The position numbers and the translations under genes were made by a program. A stretch of 64,000 bases of DNA from Homoserinimonas sp. (lineage in GTDB: Bacteria > Actinomycetota > Actinomycetes > Actinomycetales > Microbacteriaceae), in NCBI GenBank assembly GCA_023957835.1, contig JAMLGP010000001.1, forward strand, positions 115,575 to 179,574, written 5' to 3'. Shown here in pieces: positions 57,651 through 64,000 of this stretch (positions within the stretch are counted from its first letter, which is position 1; every line of letters begins with the position of its first letter). Under the pieces are notes generated by a model that saw only the letters and a program-made list of their open reading frames with translations, did no database searches and had not been told where the DNA came from.

Positions 57651-58340
57651 ATGCGGGCTAGCGATCGGGCTTATGCACGGCTGCGGGACGACATCCTGCA
57701 CTGGCACACTCCGCCCGGCACGGTTTTTGCCGAGGTGGAGCAGGCGGAGCGGCTGAAGGTTTCGCGTACCCCTATTCGCGAGGCGTTCTCTCGACTTGCC
57801 GCCGAAGGGCTTCTGGTCCCGCTGGCCGGCAGGGGCTTGGTGGTCAGCGAGCTTTCTCGAGAGACGATCATCGAACTGTTCGAACTGCGAATCGTGCTAG
57901 AGACCGAAGCTGCGAGACTGGTTGCGGCGCGACGCAACGTCGATCTCTTCATCGGCTTGAAGGAAGAATTCGAGCACGCGGCCGAGCTCATCGATCGCGG
58001 CGACGACCTCGCCTCCTATTACGAGCTTGTCGCCAGACTCGATGCAGCCATGGACGAGTCGGTCGGCAGCAGATTCCTGCTCGGCGCGATCAGGCAGCTG
58101 CGGCCGCACCTGGCTCGAGTGCGCGGGCTTGCGAGAGACAACCGCAAGAGACTTTCGGATGCCGCGGCCGAGCACCTGACGATAGTCGAGGCGATCATCG
58201 ACCGCGATTCCGAACTCGCAGCAGACGCGACCTCTGTCCACTTGAAGAAGAGCCTTAGGAACATCCTCGAATCCGTAGACGCACTGGAAGGCGCCGCTGG
58301 CGGCAGGGAACTGACAGAAACAAAGCAAGGGAAGCAATGA
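57651..58340 (+). CDS. GntR family (FadR/FCD subfamily) transcriptional regulator
   Basis: N-terminal wHTH ([23 protein letters not shown]) and an all-helical C-terminal domain. It overlaps prpD by 4 nt. Confidence 0.85.
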   Translation: MRASDRAYARLRDDILHWHTPPGTVFAEVEQAERLKVSRTPIREAFSRLAAEGLLVPLAGRGLVVSELSRETIIELFELRIVLETEAARLVAARRNVDLFIGLKEEFEHAAELIDRGDDLASYYELVARLDAAMDESVGSRFLLGAIRQLRPHLARVRGLARDNRKRLSDAAAEHLTIVEAIIDRDSELAADATSVHLKKSLRNILESVDALEGAAGGRELTETKQGKQ

Positions 58341-59869
58341 AACAGCACGAAGTACGAGTCCACAAGAGCGAAGAGAACCTCGCCCGCGAAGACCAGCTCG
58401 CCTGGAAGATCGCGGAAGTGGCCACCGATCCGGTTGAAATCACCCCGGAAGTTACCGATATGGTCATCAACCGGATCATTGACAATGCGGCGGTCGCCAC
58501 CGCTTCGCTGACCCGAGGTCCGGTGGTTGCCGCGAGGTCGCAGGCTCTTTCCCAGCCGACCTCGACCGGCGGGCAGGGAGCAACCGTGTTCGGTCCGAGC
58601 CTGGACCGCAGGGTAACCCCGGAGTGGGCTGCCTGGGCGAACGGAGTGGCGGTTCGCGAGCTCGACTATCACGACACCTTCCTGGCCGCGGAGTACTCGC
58701 ACCCCGGCGATAACATCCCGCCGATCCTCGCGGTCGCCCAGCACGCCTCTCGCAATGGCCGGGATCTGGTTCGCGGAATCGTGACCGGCTACGAGATCCA
58801 GATCGACCTTGCAAAGGCGATCAGCCTGCACGCCCACAAGATCGACCACGTCGCCCACCTCGGTCCTTCGGCTGCCGCCGGAATCGGCACCCTGCTCGGC
58901 CTCGATGCAGAGACCATCTTTCAGGCGATCGGCCAGGCTCTGCACACCACGACAGCTACCCGCCAGTCCCGCAAGGGCGAGATCTCTACCTGGAAGGCGC
59001 ACGCTCCGGCCTTCGCCGGAAAGATGGCGGTCGAGTCGGTTGACAGGGCAATGCGCGGCCAGACCAGCCCGACCCCGATTTATGAAGGAGAGGATGGCGT
59101 AATCGCCTGGCTGCTGGATGGACCGGACGCAAAATACAGCGTTCCTCTGCCGGAGGCCGGCGAGGCAAAGCGCGCGATCCTCGACAGCTACACCAAGGAG
59201 CACTCGGCCGAGTATCAGGCTCAGGCCTGGATTGACCTCGCGCGAAAGCTGCACAACGAGCACCCGGAGCTGGCAGCCGAAGGCGCCGCAGACCAGATCG
59301 AGTCGATCGTCATCCACACGAGCCACCACACTCATTTTGTGATCGGTTCGGGGGCTAATGACCCGCAAAAGTACGACCCGAAGGCGAGCCGCGAAACCCT
59401 CGACCACTCGATTCCCTACATTTTCGCGGTCGCACTGCAGGACGGCACCTGGAACCACGAGAAGTCATACGCTCCCGAGCGGGCGGCAAGGCCGGACACC
59501 GTCAAGCTCTGGCAGAAGATCACGACCGAAGAAGACCCGGAGTGGACCCGCCGCTACCACTCGCTCGACCCTGCCGAGAAGGCGTTCGGCGGTCGAGTTG
59601 AGATCACCATGAAAGACGGATCGAAGCTCGTCGACGAGATCGCGGTGGCCGACGCGCATCCGCTAGGCGCGAGGCCGTTCGCCAGGGCGCAATACGTCGA
59701 GAAGTTCCGCACTCTCGCTGAGCACGTGCTCGAGGCGGAAGAAATCGAGAGATTCCTGAACCTCGTGCAGCGGCTGCCCGAATTGACCGCAGACGAGATT
59801 CTGGGGCTTAGCGTCGTCGCCCGACCGGGACTGCTCGCCTCGGTACCGACACCGAAAGGACTGTTCTAA
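58337..59869 (+). CDS. prpD: 2-methylcitrate dehydratase (MmgE/PrpD family)
   Basis: 510 aa with PrpD-type sequence throughout. Operon context with prpB and prpC. Confidence 0.88.
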   Translation: MKQHEVRVHKSEENLAREDQLAWKIAEVATDPVEITPEVTDMVINRIIDNAAVATASLTRGPVVAARSQALSQPTSTGGQGATVFGPSLDRRVTPEWAAWANGVAVRELDYHDTFLAAEYSHPGDNIPPILAVAQHASRNGRDLVRGIVTGYEIQIDLAKAISLHAHKIDHVAHLGPSAAAGIGTLLGLDAETIFQAIGQALHTTTATRQSRKGEISTWKAHAPAFAGKMAVESVDRAMRGQTSPTPIYEGEDGVIAWLLDGPDAKYSVPLPEAGEAKRAILDSYTKEHSAEYQAQAWIDLARKLHNEHPELAAEGAADQIESIVIHTSHHTHFVIGSGANDPQKYDPKASRETLDHSIPYIFAVALQDGTWNHEKSYAPERAARPDTVKLWQKITTEEDPEWTRRYHSLDPAEKAFGGRVEITMKDGSKLVDEIAVADAHPLGARPFARAQYVEKFRTLAEHVLEAEEIERFLNLVQRLPELTADEILGLSVVARPGLLASVPTPKGLF

Positions 59870-60777
59870 TGCTGTATTCGGAAGTAACCGGCGCCGCCAA
59901 GCGAAAGAACCTTCGCGAGGGCCTCGCAAGTGGAAAGCTCCTTCGATTCCCGGGAGCCTTCAACCCGCTCAGTGCAAAGCTCATTGAGGACAAGGGCTTT
60001 GAAGGGGTCTATATTTCCGGAGCCGTGCTCTCTGCCGACCTCGGCCTGCCAGACATCGGGCTCACGACTCTCTCCGAGGTGGCCGGCCGGGCAGCGCAAA
60101 TCACGAGGATGACCGACCTGCCCGCGATTGTGGACGCCGACACGGGCTTCGGCGAGCCGATGAACGTCGCCCGCACCGTGCAGGAGCTTGAGAATGCGGG
60201 AGTTGCCGGGCTTCACATTGAAGATCAGGTCAACCCGAAGCGCTGCGGTCACCTCGACGGAAAAGCTGTCGTGGAGACGGATGTCGCGGTCAAGAGAATC
60301 CGCGCGGCCGCGACGGCCAGGCGCGATCCGAATCTGCTCATAATCGCCCGCACCGACATCCGCGCTCTTGAGGGTCTGGATTCTGCAATCGACCGGGCGA
60401 AACAGCTCGCGGATGCCGGAGCAGACCTCATCTTCCCCGAGGCCATGCGTGACCTGAGCGAATTTGAAGCCATGGTCAAGGCCCTCGACGTACCGGTAAT
60501 GGCGAACATGACCGAGTTCGGAAAGAGCGACTTGTTCACCGTGGCCGAGCTCGAGTCAGTCGGAATCAGCCTGGTGATTTACCCGGTCAGCCTGCTGCGC
60601 CTTGCGATGGGGGCAGCAGAGCGGGGCCTGGACACTTTGCTTGCTGAGGGTACGCTGAAATCGACGGTAGGTCAGATGCAAACCCGCGCGAGACTGTACG
60701 AACTGCTGGATTACGAGGCTTACAACACCTTCGATTCCGGTGTCTTCAACTTCACGCTCGAAACGAACAGGAGCTGA
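59869..60777 (+). CDS. prpB: methylisocitrate lyase
   Basis: The KRCGH catalytic loop (NPKRCGHLDGK) and the DADTGFG motif. Confidence 0.9.
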   Translation: MLYSEVTGAAKRKNLREGLASGKLLRFPGAFNPLSAKLIEDKGFEGVYISGAVLSADLGLPDIGLTTLSEVAGRAAQITRMTDLPAIVDADTGFGEPMNVARTVQELENAGVAGLHIEDQVNPKRCGHLDGKAVVETDVAVKRIRAAATARRDPNLLIIARTDIRALEGLDSAIDRAKQLADAGADLIFPEAMRDLSEFEAMVKALDVPVMANMTEFGKSDLFTVAELESVGISLVIYPVSLLRLAMGAAERGLDTLLAEGTLKSTVGQMQTRARLYELLDYEAYNTFDSGVFNFTLETNRS

Positions 60778-60778
60778 A

Positions 60779-61942
60779 ATGGCCGAAGAAGCAAAGACAC
60801 AGAACACTCAATCCCAGGGCACTCCCGAGCCTGAGATCCACAAGGGGCTGGCAGGAGTCGTCGTTGACACTACGGCGATTTCGAAGGTCAATCCGGCGAC
60901 GAACTTTCTCATGTACTACGGCTATCCGGTGCCGGAACTTGCCGAGAAGTGCCAGTTCGAGGAGGTCGCCTACCTGTTGTGGAACGGCGAGCTGCCGAAC
61001 GACCTGCAGCTTGAGGAGTTCCAGAAATTCGAGCGCTCACTTCGCGACCTCAATCCGCGGGTAAAGAAGGTCATCGACGAACTGCCAACTAGTGCCCACC
61101 CGATGGATGTCGTACGCACTGCCGTAAGCGTACTTGGCGCGAGCGACCCGGATGCCGCTGACAACGACCGCGGCGCAAACCTCAACAAGGCGATCAAGCT
61201 CTATGCCCAGTTGCCTTCGATCGTGGCCTACATCCAGCGTCGCAAGCGTGGACTTGAGCTGATCGAACCTCGGGAGGATCTCGCCTATTCGGCCAACTTC
61301 CTGCACATGACCTTCGGGGACGTGCCGGATCTGCCGGTAGTGAACGCTTTCGACGTTTCGATGATTCTCTACGCGGAGCACTCCTTCAACGCCTCCACCT
61401 TCACCGCGCGAGTAGTCACGAGCACGCTCTCCGACATCTACTCGGCGGTCACCGCGGCAATTGGCGCCCTCAAGGGACCGCTGCACGGCGGAGCGAACGA
61501 AGCGGTAATGCACATTCTCGATGAGATCGGAAGTGCCGACCTTGCCGATGCCTGGCTGGATGCCGCTCTCGCCGACAAGAGGAAGATCATGGGCTTCGGC
61601 CACCGGGTCTACAAGAACGGCGACTCGAGAGTGCCAACCATGAAGGCCGCCCTCGGAACCCTGATCAACTACTACGACCGGCGGGACATGGCAAAGCTCT
61701 ACGACGCTCTCGAAGTCGCGATGGAGAATAAGAAGGGGATCAAGCCGAACCTCGACTACCCGTCCGGCCCGGCTTATCACCTCATGGGCTTCGACACCGA
61801 GCTGTTCACTCCGCTGTTTGTAATGAGCAGGATCACCGGATGGACCGCGCACATTATGGAGCAGCTTGGCGCAAACGCTTTGATCCGGCCGCTGTCCGCC
61901 TATGACGGGCCGAAGCAAAGGCACGTGCCGGTAAAGTCGTAG
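60779..61942 (+). CDS. prpC: 2-methylcitrate synthase/citrate synthase
   Basis: GFGHRVYKNGDSR and GPLHGGANE motifs. The ATG at 60779 is preferred over the track's upstream start, which overlaps prpB. Confidence 0.9.
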   Translation: MAEEAKTQNTQSQGTPEPEIHKGLAGVVVDTTAISKVNPATNFLMYYGYPVPELAEKCQFEEVAYLLWNGELPNDLQLEEFQKFERSLRDLNPRVKKVIDELPTSAHPMDVVRTAVSVLGASDPDAADNDRGANLNKAIKLYAQLPSIVAYIQRRKRGLELIEPREDLAYSANFLHMTFGDVPDLPVVNAFDVSMILYAEHSFNASTFTARVVTSTLSDIYSAVTAAIGALKGPLHGGANEAVMHILDEIGSADLADAWLDAALADKRKIMGFGHRVYKNGDSRVPTMKAALGTLINYYDRRDMAKLYDALEVAMENKKGIKPNLDYPSGPAYHLMGFDTELFTPLFVMSRITGWTAHIMEQLGANALIRPLSAYDGPKQRHVPVKS

Positions 61943-61943
61943 C

Positions 61944-62723
61944 GTGACCTGGAGCCGGGACCGGATTCTGCGGCTCGTTCTGATCGGACTAGTCGTTGGG
62001 TTCTTTTCCGGACTCTTCGGAGTGGGCGGCGGAATCGTTCTGGTTCCGCTGCTGATCAGCTTCGCCGGGTTCGACCACCGCCAGGCGAGTGCGACCTCGC
62101 TTGCCGCAGTGTTGCTCACCGCGATCGCCGGAATGGTGGCCTACGCGTCACACGGTTCAGTTGATCTGATTGCTGCGCTTCTGCTTGCAGCCGGTGCAAT
62201 CTTCGGTTCGCTGCTTGGAACCTGGCTGCTGCACCGGATTAGGCAAAAGGTGCTTCGCTGGATCTTCGTGATATTTCTGGTCCTGGTCGCGGTTCGAATG
62301 TTCTTTCTGGTTCCGGACCGCTCTGCCGAGCTGAGCTATTCAGTACTGGCAATTGTCGCCCTGATTGGTCTCGGTTTTGTGACCGGCGTGATTTCGGGCC
62401 TGCTCGGGGTTGGCGGCGGAGTCTTCATCGTACCCGCGCTAATGCTCATTTTCGGACTCGGCGACCTGGTTGCGAAGGGGACTTCACTGCTCATGATCAT
62501 CCCAACTGCAATCACCGGAACACTTGCCAATTTCCGCAGAGGGCATACGGATCTGAAAGCCTCGGCACTCATCGGGGTGGTCTCGATTCCGGCCTCAATC
62601 GGCGGAGCTGCTCTGGCCTGGGCGGTCCCTGCGGCTCTGGGCAGCATCCTTTTTGCGATTCTGCTCGTCTATTGCGCAATTCAGCTCGCCTGGGGAGCAG
62701 TCCGGGACAGAAGTTCGGAATAA
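61944..62723 (+). CDS. TauE/SafE family sulfite exporter-like membrane protein
   Basis: Duplicated GxxSGLxGVGGG motifs (FFSGLFGVGGGIV, VISGLLGVGGGVF); 259 aa. Confidence 0.85.
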   Translation: MTWSRDRILRLVLIGLVVGFFSGLFGVGGGIVLVPLLISFAGFDHRQASATSLAAVLLTAIAGMVAYASHGSVDLIAALLLAAGAIFGSLLGTWLLHRIRQKVLRWIFVIFLVLVAVRMFFLVPDRSAELSYSVLAIVALIGLGFVTGVISGLLGVGGGVFIVPALMLIFGLGDLVAKGTSLLMIIPTAITGTLANFRRGHTDLKASALIGVVSIPASIGGAALAWAVPAALGSILFAILLVYCAIQLAWGAVRDRSSE

Positions 62724-62781
62724 ACCTCGGCACAGTTCGGTTTAGAAACGAAGCAATATTCAGTTTCAGCGCGCCGTCTCA

Positions 62782-63219
62782 ATGCGGTGGGCCCTACCTA
62801 AGGAAAACTCTGTGGACATTGTCTTTCTCATTGCTCGAATCGCATTCGTAATTCTGTTCGTGACCTCCGGGCTCGGCCACTTGCTAAAGGCTGACATGAT
62901 GGCCGGCTTCACCAAGTCGAAGGGTGTTCCCTTCCCCAAGCTCGCGACTATCGTGAGCGGACTCGCAATGCTCATCGGCTCGCTCTCGATTCTTCTGGGA
63001 GTTTGGGGCGACATCGGATCTCTGTTCATCGTTGTGACGATGCTCGGCACTGCGTTCGTCATGCACAATTTCTGGACGCTGAAGGACCCGATGGCAAAGC
63101 AGGGAGATCAGACCCAGTTCCTGAAGGACCTTTCACTTTCGGCTGGAGCACTCGGCTTCTTCATGATCTTCCTGACTGATCCGAGCCTCACTCTGACCTC
63201 TTCGCTGCTTCCTTTCTAA
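62782..63219 (+). CDS. DoxX family membrane protein
   Basis: 145 aa with 4 TM segments and the DoxX-like pattern RIAFVILFVTSGLGHL. Confidence 0.7.
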   Translation: MRWALPKENSVDIVFLIARIAFVILFVTSGLGHLLKADMMAGFTKSKGVPFPKLATIVSGLAMLIGSLSILLGVWGDIGSLFIVVTMLGTAFVMHNFWTLKDPMAKQGDQTQFLKDLSLSAGALGFFMIFLTDPSLTLTSSLLPF

Positions 63220-63243
63220 TCAGAAGCGTGACCGGAAGCCTAG

Positions 63244-64000
<757 letters not shown>

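Overview
High-GC, actinobacterial-type chromosomal segment. This rests on frequent GTG/TTG starts, 4-nt gene overlaps, and an FmdB/Ruc-like - 5-formyl-THF cyclo-ligase - galU arrangement like mycobacterial Rv0991c-Rv0993. Most of it is ordinary core genome. (i) 0-11 kb is a nucleoside uptake and salvage cluster: BMP-type ABC importer, cdd, deoA, nucleoside hydrolase, SAH-hydrolase-like protein, IclR regulator, add. (ii) 11-37 kb holds housekeeping genes mixed with small accessory patches: a tRNA-Ala-adjacent PIN/RHH toxin-antitoxin islet; an AT-rich 1.4-kb insertion carrying a DEDDh-exonuclease/BRCT gene, bracketed by a 100-bp duplication of the sirtuin gene 3' end; and a run of small minus-strand genes. 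(iii) 37-40.5 kb is a ribonucleotide reductase operon whose small subunit has class Ic hallmarks. (iv) 40.6-47.1 kb is a visibly AT-richer island with a complete type II-C CRISPR-Cas system: predicted tracrRNA, cas9, cas1, cas2, and an array of 14 identical 36-nt repeats with 13 spacers of exactly 28 nt. A YefM/RelE toxin-antitoxin pair follows it. (v) 47-64 kb holds a UbiB/ABC1 kinase, an amino-acid ABC importer, HrpA helicase, a GntR-regulated methylcitrate operon (prpDBC), TauE, DoxX and a 3'-truncated aldo/keto reductase. The CRISPR island is the most interesting part. The anti-repeat, nexus-like hairpin and terminator upstream of cas9 imply that crRNAs are read from the minus strand, convergent with cas2. 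Other points worth a second look: an SF1-helicase-like giant protein with degenerate Walker A/B motifs, 55-nt palindromic elements flanking an NmrA-like gene, a 14-bp x6 tandem repeat, paired palindromic operators ahead of the prp operon, and a long leader ahead of an NlpC/P60 gene. No database searches were run. All family calls rest on motifs read from the translations.
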